A DNA stretch of 64,000 nt from a bacterium (GTDB lineage: Bacteria; JAAXHH01), in the NCBI GenBank assembly GCA_965117045.1, contig OZ220749.1, positions 2,309,817-2,373,816 on the forward strand, given 5' to 3'. Below the pieces are notes generated by a model that saw only the letters and a list, made by a program, of their open reading frames with translations, did no database searches and was not told the origin of the DNA. A program made the translations under genes and the position numbers. Numbering within the stretch: position 1 is the stretch's first letter; every line of letters starts with the position of its first letter. Of this stretch, positions 36,985 through 48,120 are shown in pieces.

Positions 36985-37376
36985 GACGAAGCCGACCCGG
37001 CACGCCCCGGAGGAGGTGGACGCCTACCTGGCCTCGCTTCCGGATGACTTCCGCATCACGCTGCAGCGACTGCGGGCACGGCTGGCGGAACTGGAAGGTG
37101 TTAAAAAGGAGGACTCAACGTGACAGAACGCAGACCCCGTGCCCAAATGCCCGCATTCGTGAAGGCATTGGTCGCCATGATGTTCGGCATCCTTGCCGGC
37201 GGCGCGTTCAATTTCCTGCTGGGCGATCAAGGCGCAGACACGCCCGCCTTCGCGATCTACGGTGGGGCATTGGCGCTTGTGATCTACATCGTTCAGGCCA
37301 GGCTTCGATCGCGGAAAAAGTAACTACTGGGGCCTGGGCTGGCGACCCTGGCCTGGTAACCCTGACCTGGCAACCG

Positions 37377-37829
37377 CTACGGATCGAGACGCAGCGTCCA
37401 GTTGTTCCACTTGCGGTCCGGCACGCCGCCCAGGGACCGGTAGAACTTCTCCGCGGCGGCGTTCCCGGTCATGACCGTCCAGATGATTTCAGACGCGCCC
37501 ATGGACCGTGCGTGCGCGGTCACCGACGCCATCAGGGCCTTCCCCGCGCCCATATTCCGGGCGGAATCGACGACAAACAGTTCTTTGAGCACGAGTTTTG
37601 GCCGTAGCGTGTAGGTCCAGTGGACCGGATAGGTTACGGCCATCCCGATCAGATCGTTTTCGTGTTCGGCAACCAACGCGGTGAACAAACGCTCTTCGCC
37701 AAAACCATGCTCGAGGATGCTCTCCCGCGTCACGGCGAACTGGTCGATGTAGTCTTCGTACCGCGCCAGCCCCTTCATGAGCTCGAGCAGGCGATCGGTG
37801 TCTTCGGGAACGGCTAGTCTGACGTGCAT
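37377..37829 (-). CDS. GNAT family N-acetyltransferase
   Basis: ELFVVDSARNMGAGKALM is the acetyl-CoA-binding motif A. Confidence 0.6.
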   Translation of the reverse strand: MHVRLAVPEDTDRLLELMKGLARYEDYIDQFAVTRESILEHGFGEERLFTALVAEHENDLIGMAVTYPVHWTYTLRPKLVLKELFVVDSARNMGAGKALMASVTAHARSMGASEIIWTVMTGNAAAEKFYRSLGGVPDRKWNNWTLRLDP

Positions 37830-37864
37830 CTGGAATCGTCCAACTTCGGGGAACGCACTCGATT

Positions 37865-38929
37865 CTACGCGGCCAGCACTTCCTTCAGTGCATCGAGAAA
37901 TGCGTCATTCTCCTCCGGCAGGCCGATCGTCACCCGCATGCCCCGCTCCAGCATGGGATAGCGGCTGACGTCGCGGATGAGCACGCCGCGGTCGATGAGT
38001 CCGTGGAAGATCTCGGCGACCGGTCGCTCCGCCTCGAATAAGACGAAGTTGGCATGCGAGGGATAGGGCCGGATACCGGGCAGGTCCTGAAGACTTTCGA
38101 AGACCCGCTGTCGTTCCGACCGGATCAGCGACGCACGTTCTTCGATCAAGGCTTCCTGTGCGATCAACTTCCTCGCCGCCATAAGGGAGATGATATTGAC
38201 GTTGTATGGGAGTTTGACTTTCTCGATCTCGCGTGCCACGGAAGGATCGGCGACGAGATAACCCAATCGCAGGCCGGCCGCACCGAGTGCCTTGGAAAAG
38301 GTACGCGTGATCACCAGGTTGGGATGACGGTCCAGCAGTTCGATGCACGACACGCCGCCGAACTCGAAATAAGCCTCGTCCACCACGACCAGGCCGGTGG
38401 CCGCTTCGGCGATCCGCGCCGTATCTTCCGGAGTGATTATCGAGCCGGTCGGGTTGTTCGGCGAACACAGCACGACCAGCCTGACGTCCGGATGGGCGCT
38501 TTCGTCCTCCAGCCGATCGACGTCGAAGCTCAGGTCGCCAGCGAGATGTACCGTCCGAATATCGGCACCCGCGACCCTGCCCATGAGGGCGTAGAGGGTG
38601 AAGGTCGGCGCGGACAGCACGACCGCATCGCCTGCCGAGACCGTAGCCTGGAAGATCGCCTGGATCAGTTCGTTGGAGCCGTTGCCGATGAGGACGTGCT
38701 CTGGACCCAGCCCATGTCGCTTGCCGATGGCCGCCTTGACCTCGCCGGGAACGAACCCGGGATAGCGGCCCCAGTTGCTCGCCAGGGCCTCGTCCACGAT
38801 CTCCTGCTTGAGATCCGCTGGCACATCGAAGGGGCATTCGTTCTGGTTGAGCTTGACCGGGCAGTCCGGCTGGACCAGCGTGTAACCGGACATGGCACGG
38901 ACGGCGGGTTTTATGATCGGAGCAGCCAC
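37865..38929 (-). CDS. hisC: Histidinol-phosphate aminotransferase
   Basis: Class II aminotransferase pattern (NECPF, LCSPNNPTG, TFSKALGAAGLRLGY with the PLP Lys). Adjacent to hisG. Confidence 0.8.
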   Translation of the reverse strand: MAAPIIKPAVRAMSGYTLVQPDCPVKLNQNECPFDVPADLKQEIVDEALASNWGRYPGFVPGEVKAAIGKRHGLGPEHVLIGNGSNELIQAIFQATVSAGDAVVLSAPTFTLYALMGRVAGADIRTVHLAGDLSFDVDRLEDESAHPDVRLVVLCSPNNPTGSIITPEDTARIAEAATGLVVVDEAYFEFGGVSCIELLDRHPNLVITRTFSKALGAAGLRLGYLVADPSVAREIEKVKLPYNVNIISLMAARKLIAQEALIEERASLIRSERQRVFESLQDLPGIRPYPSHANFVLFEAERPVAEIFHGLIDRGVLIRDVSRYPMLERGMRVTIGLPEENDAFLDALKEVLAA

Positions 38930-38931
38930 CG

Positions 38932-39801
38932 TCAGTAGATCACCTTGTTCAGCGGATACTCCACCAGCCCCTGGGCGCCGGCCCGCTTGAGCGCCGGGAT
39001 CAGCTGCCTAATGGTGTGCTCCTCGATCATCACTTCGATGGCGACCCACTCCTCGTCGGCCAGGGGGGATATGGTGGGGTTCTGCAGCGCGGGCAGCAGG
39101 GCGGTTACGGCAGCCAGGTCCGCCCTTTTCACGTTCATCTTGAGGCCGACCATCTCCTCGGCGAGCATGGCGCCTTTGAGCAGCAGGGCGATGTTCTCGA
39201 TTTTGCGCCGCTTGTCCGGGTCCTGCCAGGCCGTCTTGTTGGCGATGAGCCGGTTGGTGGACACCATCAGCGTATCGAGGACCCGAAGCTTGTTGGCCCG
39301 GATCGAACCGCCCGTTTCCGTGATTTCCACGATGGCGTCCGCCAGTTCAGGGGCCTTGGCCTCCGTGGCGCCCCAGGAGAACTCCACCTTGGCGGTCACG
39401 CCGTGTTTCTTCAGGTAGGCTTCCGTGATGTTGACGACTTCCGTGGCGATGCGCTTGCCTTCCAGGTCCTGGACGCTGTGGATGTCCGACGCCTCGGGTG
39501 CGGCCAGCACCCACCGCAGGGGCCGCCGGGTGTGCTTGGCGTAGACCAGTTCCGCCACCTCCACCACGTCCGCGCCGGTCTCCACGATCCAGTCCTTGCC
39601 CGTAAGCCCCGCGTCGAAGACCTCGTCCTCGACGTAACGACCGATCTCCTGGGCTCGGATCAGCATGATCTCCAGTTCTTCATCGTCCACCCAGGGGGAA
39701 TAGGACCGGCTGCTGACCGTGCAATGAAACCCCGCCTTCCGCATGAGCTCAAAGGTGGATTCCTGCAGGCTTCCCTTCGGCAGCGCCAGTTTGACTAACA
39801 T
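38932..39801 (-). CDS. hisG: ATP phosphoribosyltransferase (long form)
   Basis: N-terminal [10 protein letters not shown], a length of 289 aa and the C-terminal regulatory domain. The gene ends 2 nt before the hisC start. Confidence 0.85.
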   Translation of the reverse strand: MLVKLALPKGSLQESTFELMRKAGFHCTVSSRSYSPWVDDEELEIMLIRAQEIGRYVEDEVFDAGLTGKDWIVETGADVVEVAELVYAKHTRRPLRWVLAAPEASDIHSVQDLEGKRIATEVVNITEAYLKKHGVTAKVEFSWGATEAKAPELADAIVEITETGGSIRANKLRVLDTLMVSTNRLIANKTAWQDPDKRRKIENIALLLKGAMLAEEMVGLKMNVKRADLAAVTALLPALQNPTISPLADEEWVAIEVMIEEHTIRQLIPALKRAGAQGLVEYPLNKVIY

Positions 39802-40118
39802 TTCCGTATTCTCCTTGTGGGACTTGTAGGGATCGATTCCCCTTGTTACTTTGCCAATATCTCGTGGCTTTTGTATCAGTTCCGTGTTTTCTAAATCAGT
39901 TCAGCATCAGTGTAGCGCAACTTCGACCCGATAGCGATTCAGTTACCGATGATGACCTGTCCATCACAAAGCCGCCTGAAAATAGCACGACACGCCGGGA
40001 ATGTCCATTACTATTGAGACCAGGACCGATCTTAAACCGGTGCCAGACCGTGCGTAAACACGGGACTGAACACTATGCCTGTCAAATATAGCATTGTACA
40101 ATTGTACAACTATTCGAA

Positions 40119-40355
40119 ATGAAAACGACTTCAAAAATCGCCGTGATATTCGATATCGACGGAACCCTGGTCGAAAGTTCAGGATTCGAAGACGACTTGT
40201 ACGTCGCCGCGGTAAGAGACGTGCTGGGAGATGTGTGCATCCGCAAAACGTGGAATACATACAGACATGTAACCGACACCGGCATCCTGCTTCAGATCAT
40301 GGAAGAGAACCGGATTCAGGGCGAGGATACAATGGAAATGCTGCATGCCCGGTAA
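40119..40355 (+). pseudogene. Truncated HAD-family hydrolase fragment (78 aa)
   Basis: Motif I VIFDIDGTL is intact, but the ORF stops after 78 aa, far short of a HAD core. Confidence 0.35.
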
Positions 40356-40367
40356 CGGAGTCGCGTC

Positions 40368-42770
40368 TTGCTGAAACACTACTTCACGATCAGTGCGAGA
40401 CATCTGCTCAGGCATAAACCCTATGCCGCGCTCAATGTCCTGAATCTGGCCGTAGGCATGACCTGTGCGGTCCTCATCGGGCTGTACATACAGGACGAGC
40501 GTGCCTTTGACCGGTATCATGCGAACGCGGACCGCATCTACCGCGTCGTGAACGGGTCCAACGCGAAGACGACCCCGGTGCTCGGGCCTGCCATACAGCA
40601 ACTCCTTCCTGAAGTTCAGTCATTCGCCCGTCTCAGTCCGCCCTTCGGTGGGTGGATTATACGGTACGAAGACCAGGCGTACTTCGAAGACCGCGTATTC
40701 TGGGCGGATCCTGAAGTCTTCGATGTTTTTACCTTTACCCTGGTGCGGGGCAATCCCGCGCAGGCGCTGAAGGATCCGGGGACGGTGGTCATCACCGAAT
40801 TGATGGCGCGCAAGTACTTCGGGAACGCGGATCCGCTCGGTGAGACCATTACGCTGGATACGTATCCCTTCACCGTCACCGGGGTGATGCTGGATCTGCC
40901 CGAGCACTCGCATTTCCAAGCGGACTTCTTCCTCGGGATCGAGGGGTCGCTCGGTATCCTGGGAAATGATTACCTGGAGCAGTGGGATTGGCCTTCGTTC
41001 TATACCTACCTGCTGCTGTCGGTGGATGCGGATCCCATCGCCTTCGCGCAGAAACTCCCGGATGTGCTGGAAGACCGGTTCGGCACGCGTTGGGAAGCGG
41101 AAAACATCACGATGATCCCCGGGTTACAGCCGCTGACCGACATCTACCTCTACTCCCAACTCGAGAACGAGGCCGGAGAGAACGGCAACGGCACCTACCT
41201 GCTGCTGCTCGGTGCGCTGGCCGTCGTCATCGTCCTGCTGGCCTGTTTCAACTTCATGAATATGGCGACCGCCCGTTCGCTCACGCGTAACCGGGAGGTT
41301 GCGCTGCGGAAGGCCTTCGGCGCGAACCGCGGGCAGCTGGTCCGCCAGTTCATGGGCGAGTCCTTTGCAATCACGTGCGTCGCCATTGTAGCCGCACTGG
41401 TCCTCGTCGCGATCAGTTTGCCGCTCTTCCAGGACCTCACGGGAAAGACCATCGCACTCGACATCTTCCGCTCCTGGTCATTCTGGACGGGCATCGCCGC
41501 GGTAACCCTCCTGGTGGGATTCATTTCCGGCAGCTATCCCGCCTTTTTCACGGCGGCCTTTACGCCGGCGCAACACCTGAAGGGCAGGAACGTGATCGGT
41601 GCAACCCGGCACTTCGTACGAAGGCTGCTGGTCATGGGCCAGTGCATGATGGTGATCCTGCTGCTCGGCAGCACGTGGGTGTTCACCGCGCAGCTGGACT
41701 ACATACAGGGCAAGCGGCTGGGGCTGCAGCCGGCACGGGTGCTCGTGGGGCCGTCCAGTTTTCCAACCTTCGTGGACCAGTACCCGGTTTTCCGGGAAAC
41801 GCTCGAGCAATTTCCTCAAATCGAAAGCGTCGGTACCACCCTGATGCTGCCCGGCCGCACGGGGCGCAAGGGTCTGCTCGCCACAACGGGGACGCGAAGG
41901 ACCGACCGGCCGCAGGCGGAAACGCAGAACATGCTCGACTGGGCGATCACCGACGATTTCGTCGAAGTATTCGGGATGGAGCTGCTGGCCGGCCGGAGGC
42001 TGTCGAGTTCGCGCCTGGCGGACCGGCGGGAAGCCGTGATGATCAACGAAACCGCCATGCGGCTTTTGGGATGGAACGCCCCCGAAGAGGCCATCGATCA
42101 GGAGGTCCTGATCCACATCGGCCATCCCTGGGCGCACGATCGCCGGATCATTGGCGTGATCGCGGATTTCCACATGCGGTCGCTGCACCATCGCATCGAA
42201 CCGATGATTATCAGGCACTGGCCCCGAGAAAACCTGCCCTTCTACGCGATCCGAATCCGTTCAGATGACGTGACCGGCACCGTCTCATGGATCCAGGAAA
42301 CCTGGAAGCAACAGATGCCGGACGTTCCCATGGTGTATTCGTTTCTCGACGAGGATTACGACAGGCTCTACGCGGCCGAAGTGACACTCCGCGAGGTCTT
42401 CGGCGTTTTTTCGTCTGTTGCGGTCTTCATGGCCTGTGCCGGGCTGTTCGGCCTGGCCTCATTCATGACGGCGCGACGCACGCGGGAAATCGGCATGCGG
42501 AGGATTCTGGGCGCCACGGTCGTTCAGTCGACCGGCCTGCTCCTGAAGGAGTTCGTCTACCTCGTGCTGATCGCTACGGTACTGGCCGCGCCCATCGCCT
42601 ACTTCGCCATGCGTCAATGGCTCCAGTTGTTCTCCTATCGGGCGGACGTTGGTCCGGCCGCCTTTATTGCCGCCGGTGCGATCGTCCTGGCCATCGCCTT
42701 GATGACGGTGAGTTTCCGTGTCGTCGGCGTGGCCCGGGCGAACCCGGTGGACACGCTGAGGGATGAATGA
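40368..42770 (+). CDS. FtsX-family ABC transporter permease (MacB-like, 800 aa, duplicated FtsX domains)
   Basis: N-terminal YFTISARHLLRHKPYAALNVLNLAVGMT. TTG start. Several TM blocks are visible in the translation. Confidence 0.8.
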   Translation: MLKHYFTISARHLLRHKPYAALNVLNLAVGMTCAVLIGLYIQDERAFDRYHANADRIYRVVNGSNAKTTPVLGPAIQQLLPEVQSFARLSPPFGGWIIRYEDQAYFEDRVFWADPEVFDVFTFTLVRGNPAQALKDPGTVVITELMARKYFGNADPLGETITLDTYPFTVTGVMLDLPEHSHFQADFFLGIEGSLGILGNDYLEQWDWPSFYTYLLLSVDADPIAFAQKLPDVLEDRFGTRWEAENITMIPGLQPLTDIYLYSQLENEAGENGNGTYLLLLGALAVVIVLLACFNFMNMATARSLTRNREVALRKAFGANRGQLVRQFMGESFAITCVAIVAALVLVAISLPLFQDLTGKTIALDIFRSWSFWTGIAAVTLLVGFISGSYPAFFTAAFTPAQHLKGRNVIGATRHFVRRLLVMGQCMMVILLLGSTWVFTAQLDYIQGKRLGLQPARVLVGPSSFPTFVDQYPVFRETLEQFPQIESVGTTLMLPGRTGRKGLLATTGTRRTDRPQAETQNMLDWAITDDFVEVFGMELLAGRRLSSSRLADRREAVMINETAMRLLGWNAPEEAIDQEVLIHIGHPWAHDRRIIGVIADFHMRSLHHRIEPMIIRHWPRENLPFYAIRIRSDDVTGTVSWIQETWKQQMPDVPMVYSFLDEDYDRLYAAEVTLREVFGVFSSVAVFMACAGLFGLASFMTARRTREIGMRRILGATVVQSTGLLLKEFVYLVLIATVLAAPIAYFAMRQWLQLFSYRADVGPAAFIAAGAIVLAIALMTVSFRVVGVARANPVDTLRDE

Positions 42771-42799
42771 GTCGGCCGCGGTCACTAACGAAGCGCCGC

Positions 42800-43819
42800 T
42801 CAAAGCAATCCGGCTTGGCCCAGCCGTGCCCGCAATCCCGATATGCCTTCCTCCACGAGATCCTCCTTTCCTTCCTCCAGCCCGTAGATGATCCCGTGAC
42901 AGGAAGCCATCCAGGTGTAGAAGCGGAGCCTGTTCGCGAAATTGACGTCCAATGGGTGATGACCGCCTGACGAGCGCTGGGCGTCCAGTGAGTGCTGGAA
43001 GTCTTGCGCGTGATGACCGCCCGACGCGCGATGACCGCCTGTCCCGTGCTGATAGCCGTCTCGAATCCTCTCAACGGTCTCCATGCCATACGTGACGTAG
43101 ACTCCGACGAAATCGATGGTCGGATCGCCGACGGTCACGTCTTCGAAATCAATGAGTCCGGTCACGGTGGCTCTGTCATCGCCTACCAGGATGTGCTCGC
43201 AGCCCAGGTCGCAGTGCACCGGGGCGACGGCATCGAGCGTAGCGAGTTCCTCGTCGAGAAACCGGTTGAAACCGCGTTCGACCGCGGCAGCGGTGGTCGA
43301 TTCTAGCTGTGGCATCACGCTGACACGGACTTCATCTCTCAGTGCACGGTAGCGCTGCCGCCACCCATCGACGGTGGGTTCCACGGCACAGGCCTCGGCG
43401 ACCAGCGAGGCGGGTATGCCATGCAGTGCGGAGAGCGCGGACGCTATGGATCTGGCGGTTGCGTCGGATAGATCGCGACCGGTAAATGGGCGGCCGGACA
43501 GGGGACAACCGGGAATCCGCCGGTACCCTGCATAGGGCTGGCCGCGCCAGGTTCCCATATGCTCGAAACGCGGGACCGCAAAGTCTACCCGAGGGCCGAC
43601 AACGGGCAGAACCGCCTGCTCTTTTTGCAGGTTTTCCGCGACGACGCCGTTTCTGGGGAATCGAAAGATCCAGCCCGGAGTCGAGGACTCTGCGTATTCA
43701 TCGTGGCCACTTTGCTCGACTTCGAAAGTCCAGTAGGACCAGCCGCCCGTGATGGGGTGGATCCGGCCATGATCCAGACCGAGGCTGAGGAGCAGGTCTT
43801 CAACATCCCGGGTTGTCAC
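42800..43819 (-). CDS. Aminoglycoside phosphotransferase (APH)/choline-kinase-like family protein
   Basis: HCDLGCEHILV is Brenner's HxDxxxxN motif and IDFEDV is the DFG-like motif. Contains an SGGHH low-complexity repeat. Confidence 0.6.
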   Translation of the reverse strand: MTTRDVEDLLLSLGLDHGRIHPITGGWSYWTFEVEQSGHDEYAESSTPGWIFRFPRNGVVAENLQKEQAVLPVVGPRVDFAVPRFEHMGTWRGQPYAGYRRIPGCPLSGRPFTGRDLSDATARSIASALSALHGIPASLVAEACAVEPTVDGWRQRYRALRDEVRVSVMPQLESTTAAAVERGFNRFLDEELATLDAVAPVHCDLGCEHILVGDDRATVTGLIDFEDVTVGDPTIDFVGVYVTYGMETVERIRDGYQHGTGGHRASGGHHAQDFQHSLDAQRSSGGHHPLDVNFANRLRFYTWMASCHGIIYGLEEGKEDLVEEGISGLRARLGQAGLL

Positions 43820-43872
43820 GATTGAGTACTGAATGATGGGGTTGCCTTTTCTTGTCAGAAGGATGCGACAAT

Positions 43873-44826
43873 CTACCTGGCAATCTGTTCAAACGGCCCC
43901 AGCACAGTTTTGAACTTCTCTACACAGCACTGAGCTTCACGCATGTCGCCGGTCTCCAGGCAATAGCACAGCCCGCCGAGTTCCCTGTAGGGTAGGTGCA
44001 GTTCAACGCGCGAAAGGGCTTCAGAGCCAAACTCGCCTCCCTTCGCCTGGTATGCCTCAAGCATGCAGGTCATATATTCACGACCCAGGCGCATCTGTGG
44101 CACGAAATCGATCATTGGATCATCGAATCCCGCGTGTTCCCAGTCGAGAACCCCGGTGATCCTTGGCTCACCGGCCGAGTTGAACAGTACGTGTTCTTGC
44201 CACAGGTCACCGTGAATAAACCGGGGGTCCGGACGAACTCGTTCCAGGTCCCGGCAGTACTGCTCCCACCAGTCTTCAACTGTGCCCAGTTCGCGTGGCG
44301 TAAGGGTCGATTCCAGGTAGGATTGCGCATATGACCAGGTCTCCTCGGGCCGGGGAGCGTCGGATGATGGCAGGTCCGGCAGATCGTCCTCCCTGATCTT
44401 CTGTATGGCATGAATCAACACTCCAATTGAAGACGCGATCGGCTGAGCCCGCGTTGATCGATTTAACACTGTGCTTTGATTTGGCCCCTCGATTTCCTTC
44501 TGCATCATGACACCGAACGGGAAGTCGTCCGTTGCCTCGCAATAACCCAGGATATCCGGCACCTCAAAGGGAAGGTGGGACTTGAGCCTTGGGAGGATGT
44601 AACACTCCCTTCTGTGTCCTTTTTGTGCCTTGCTGTTCAGCGCCACCCGGAAGACCAGGCCAGCGGGACTTCCCAGGACGACGCTTTTAAAACCCGTACC
44701 AATCTTGCGAAGTGGAAGCACAGAACTGCCGAGGTCAAAGGTGCGGCGGATGCGTTCGGCCAGTGCGCTGTCGTTTTTGAATAGGTCTGAATGGGTCATC
44801 TGTAATCTGCTCTGTTGACGTAGCAT
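43873..44826 (-). CDS. APH-family phosphotransferase
   Basis: IHGDLWQEHVLFN and VLDWEHAGFDDP. Confidence 0.6.
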   Translation of the reverse strand: MLRQQSRLQMTHSDLFKNDSALAERIRRTFDLGSSVLPLRKIGTGFKSVVLGSPAGLVFRVALNSKAQKGHRRECYILPRLKSHLPFEVPDILGYCEATDDFPFGVMMQKEIEGPNQSTVLNRSTRAQPIASSIGVLIHAIQKIREDDLPDLPSSDAPRPEETWSYAQSYLESTLTPRELGTVEDWWEQYCRDLERVRPDPRFIHGDLWQEHVLFNSAGEPRITGVLDWEHAGFDDPMIDFVPQMRLGREYMTCMLEAYQAKGGEFGSEALSRVELHLPYRELGGLCYCLETGDMREAQCCVEKFKTVLGPFEQIAR

Positions 44827-44849
44827 GGATGCGGGGCTATTATGCTACT

Positions 44850-45143
44850 ATGATCATTTCGTTCCGGGGTAATGGCACTGAGGATATCTTTAATGGACGG
44901 GAAACACGCGCGGCGCGATCCACATGTCCTTCCTCACTGTGGTCTGTTGCCGTACGTAAACTTGAACAGCTGGATTCGGTAGATAGACTAGGCGACATGA
45001 ACCGTCCCCCTGGCAATCGTCTCGAGGCCCTGCGGGGTGCGCGTTTCGGGCAACACAGCATTCGAATCAACGACCAATACCGCGTGTGCTTCGTTTGGTC
45101 AGATGCTGGTCCTCGGGATGTTGAAATCGTTGATTATCACTAA
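44850..45143 (+). CDS. higB: HigB-type toxin (RelE/ParE superfamily)
   Basis: MIISFRGNG...IRINDQYRVCFVW...DVEIVDYH matches the HigB plasmid-maintenance killer. It lies directly upstream of an HTH antitoxin. Confidence 0.7.
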   Translation: MIISFRGNGTEDIFNGRETRAARSTCPSSLWSVAVRKLEQLDSVDRLGDMNRPPGNRLEALRGARFGQHSIRINDQYRVCFVWSDAGPRDVEIVDYH

Positions 45144-45165
45144 ACCGCGTTGTGAGGTGTTCATT

Positions 45166-45480
45166 ATGGTACGTGTTCCTACAGATCGTATTCCGACCCA
45201 TCCGGGTGAGATGCTGCTGGAGGAGTTCCTTATTCCGATGAAGTTGACGCAGCGTGAGTTGGCTGCCGCCCTTAACGTTCCGTACCAGCGCGTGAACGAA
45301 CTGGTCAACGGAAGACGCGGTGTTACACCAAGCACGGCGCTGCGGCTGGCCAAGTACTTCGACGTGTCGCCCTCGTTCTGGCTTAATCTCCAGCTACGTT
45401 GGGATCTGTATCACGCCATGCGGTCGGAGGCCAGTGAGTTGGAAGTGATCGAGCCTCGTAGTGTGGGCATCGAATTGTAA
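45166..45480 (+). CDS. higA: HigA-type HTH (XRE) antitoxin
   Basis: THPGEMLLEEFL...LTQRELAAALNVPYQRVNELVNGRR. GAGGTG lies upstream of the ATG at 45166. Confidence 0.75.
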   Translation: MVRVPTDRIPTHPGEMLLEEFLIPMKLTQRELAAALNVPYQRVNELVNGRRGVTPSTALRLAKYFDVSPSFWLNLQLRWDLYHAMRSEASELEVIEPRSVGIEL

Positions 45481-45539
45481 ACGACGGTCAGGCATACTGA
45501 ACTGTAGTCAGGAGAAAGATACGTGAGTTCCCGGCAACT

Positions 45540-47942
45540 TCACCCCGCCCGCAACGCATCTACCGGGTTGGCCGTGGCGGCCTTCAGCGCGTGGTATCCC
45601 ACCGTCAGCCAGGTGATGAGAAGCGCCGCAAGGCCGGCAGACACGAAAATCCATATACTCAGTTCGATGCGGTAGGGGAAGTTGTCCAGCCACGCCTGCA
45701 TCACGTAATACCCAGCCGAAGCGCCGATGACGAACGCAAGCGTAAAGAGCCTGGTGAATTCCTTCGACAGCAGCAGGACAACGTTTGAAATCGTAGCCCC
45801 GAGGACCTTGCGTACACCGATCTCCCTGGTCCGCTGCTCCGCCATGTAGGACGCGAGTCCCAGAAGTCCCAGGCAAGCGATCAGAATGGAAAGCACCGCG
45901 CCGGCGATGAAGACGGATCCCAGCCTTTGCTCGGCGGCATATTGTCGCTCGAGTTCCTGGTCCAGGAAGTAGAAATCCATGTCGGGGTGGCCTGGATACG
46001 TTTCCCGCCACTGGTCCCGAAGGATTTCAAGTCCGTGGGGAAGGTTCTGTCCCCGCAGCCTGACCACCATGAACCTGCCTTCATTCCAGTACATTACGAT
46101 CAATGGCTCAATGCGTTGATGCAGAGACTGTTGGTGAAAATCACGCATGACGCCAACGACATTCCTGGGTGGATAGGTATCGGGTGCGCCTGGATAACTG
46201 AAGGTCTTACCGATGGGATCTTCCCATCCGAAGGTTCGCGCGGCGGTTTCGTTGATCATCACGGCGTTGTTGTCCGAGACGAATTCACGCGATAACGAAC
46301 GGCCGGACTTGATTTCGATGTCCATAGTTTCCACGAAGTCGAAGTCCGCCCAGATCGTGGAGACCAGGGGCGACTGATCCTCGGGGAATCCATCGGGTTG
46401 AATCAGATTGAACGAGGTTGGCGTACCCGGCACACTGGCCGATGAGCTTACGTTTACGATTTCCGGATACTGCATGGCTCCGCGCTTATAGGCGGGATAG
46501 CCGAGCACGGCCGCTTGATCGGGAAGTCGTATGACCACCAGGTGTTCTTTGTCGAAGCCAAGCTTCTTGCTCTGTATGTACTCCACCTGATCTAGCACCA
46601 CGGCGGTACCAATGATCATGATGATCGAAACAACGAACTGGAAGATGATCAGCGCCTTTCTCAGCACCGATTGAGAAACGCCGGCATTCAACGCGCCACC
46701 CACCACCGCCGCCGGCCTGAAGGACGCGAGGACGAAGGCGGGGTACCCGCCGGCAGCGAGTCCCGTAATAAAAGCGATGGCCGCCAGGGCGGGAAGCAAC
46801 CAGGCGGATTCGTAATTCATCTCCAGCACTTTGCCGGACAACTGGTTGAACTGTGGCAGAAGCAGGTGGACCAGCCCCAGCGCCACGGCCAGCGCAACGA
46901 AAGAGAACAAGACCGACTCGCCGACAAACTGCCTGAACAGTTGAACCCGGTGGGCGCCCAGTACCTTTCGAATGCCGACCTCCTGCGTCCGCCGGGCGGC
47001 GCGGGCAGTGGAAAGGTTCATGAAATTGAAGCAGGCGAGGAGCAGTATGAAAGCGGCCACCGAGGAGAAGATGTAAACGTACCGGATATCGCTGTTCGCT
47101 TCGATCTCGTTATTCAGATTCGAATGAAGGTGGATATCGGTGAGAGATTGCAGATTGGGTCTCATTTCGACCCCGACGGACTTGAGGCGCTCGCCGAAGT
47201 ACTTGTCCATAAACTGGGGGAGTTTTCTTTCCAGATCGCCGGCTGTATATCCTTCCTTGAGCAGGAGGTAGGTATACATGGTGGAATTCAGGTTCTGTAT
47301 CGTGGTCGGCTCGAAATATATGCCCGCCGCGGCCGTTGTGGCAAAGGAGGCCAAAAAGTCCGCTCGGAAATGCGAGTTCGTCGGCAGATCCCGCATGATC
47401 CCCGTGACCGTAAACATGTACTTGTCGTCCGCGGCGATCACTTTGCCGATGGGGTTTTCATCTCCGAAGTACTTCCTAACCATGGATTCTGAAACCACCA
47501 CGGCATGGGGCTCGGCCAGGGCGGTTTTCGCATTGCCCTGAACGAGCGGGATGGTGAAAATGTCAAAGACCGATGAATCCGCCACGACAAAGTGTTTCTC
47601 ATATGACCGCTTATCGCCGTACCGAACGAGCCAACGTGAGTTCGGGGGCTTAAGCCGGGTGAAATGCTCGATTTCGGGGTATTCCATCGCCAGTACCGGC
47701 GCCCAGGAGGGAGGGGTAAACGCCGACTCGTTGATCTTGCCATCCGCGGTGTCGGTTTTCACCAGGCGGTAGATTCTATCTTTCTTCTCATGGTGCTGGT
47801 CGTAGCTGAGCTCGTCCTGCACGTAGAGCATGATTAGAATGCAACTGGTGATGCCGACGGCCAGTCCCAGCACGTTGATCGCCGAATAGCCTTTGTACCT
47901 GAGCAGGTGCCTTATCGCGGTGGCCAGGTAGTTTCTGAACAT
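45540..47942 (-). CDS. FtsX-family ABC transporter permease (800 aa), paralog of 40368-42770
   Basis: MFRNYLATAIRHLLRYKGYSAINVLGLAVGIT has the same architecture as the other 800-aa FtsX permease. Confidence 0.8.
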   Translation of the reverse strand: MFRNYLATAIRHLLRYKGYSAINVLGLAVGITSCILIMLYVQDELSYDQHHEKKDRIYRLVKTDTADGKINESAFTPPSWAPVLAMEYPEIEHFTRLKPPNSRWLVRYGDKRSYEKHFVVADSSVFDIFTIPLVQGNAKTALAEPHAVVVSESMVRKYFGDENPIGKVIAADDKYMFTVTGIMRDLPTNSHFRADFLASFATTAAAGIYFEPTTIQNLNSTMYTYLLLKEGYTAGDLERKLPQFMDKYFGERLKSVGVEMRPNLQSLTDIHLHSNLNNEIEANSDIRYVYIFSSVAAFILLLACFNFMNLSTARAARRTQEVGIRKVLGAHRVQLFRQFVGESVLFSFVALAVALGLVHLLLPQFNQLSGKVLEMNYESAWLLPALAAIAFITGLAAGGYPAFVLASFRPAAVVGGALNAGVSQSVLRKALIIFQFVVSIIMIIGTAVVLDQVEYIQSKKLGFDKEHLVVIRLPDQAAVLGYPAYKRGAMQYPEIVNVSSSASVPGTPTSFNLIQPDGFPEDQSPLVSTIWADFDFVETMDIEIKSGRSLSREFVSDNNAVMINETAARTFGWEDPIGKTFSYPGAPDTYPPRNVVGVMRDFHQQSLHQRIEPLIVMYWNEGRFMVVRLRGQNLPHGLEILRDQWRETYPGHPDMDFYFLDQELERQYAAEQRLGSVFIAGAVLSILIACLGLLGLASYMAEQRTREIGVRKVLGATISNVVLLLSKEFTRLFTLAFVIGASAGYYVMQAWLDNFPYRIELSIWIFVSAGLAALLITWLTVGYHALKAATANPVDALRAG

Positions 47943-48120
47943 GGCGCTGTCCCGGCAAGCTCGACTATCCCGGTCGTTCGGGGTATTCGGCGTGTAATGA
48001 TGCGGAAGCGTCAGGCCCGTATAATCCCGTCTGTTAGACGATTCTCATCGGACAAATGTCAAATATAACTAAAACGACTCGTGGTGTGTATCCGCGATTC
48101 GCTGCCGGCGGCCGTTCGCC

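Noticed and set aside
37120-37323. 67-aa hydrophobic small ORF as a real gene
   Set aside because: It has a plausible TM segment but no start-site signal or homology evident; left uncalled.
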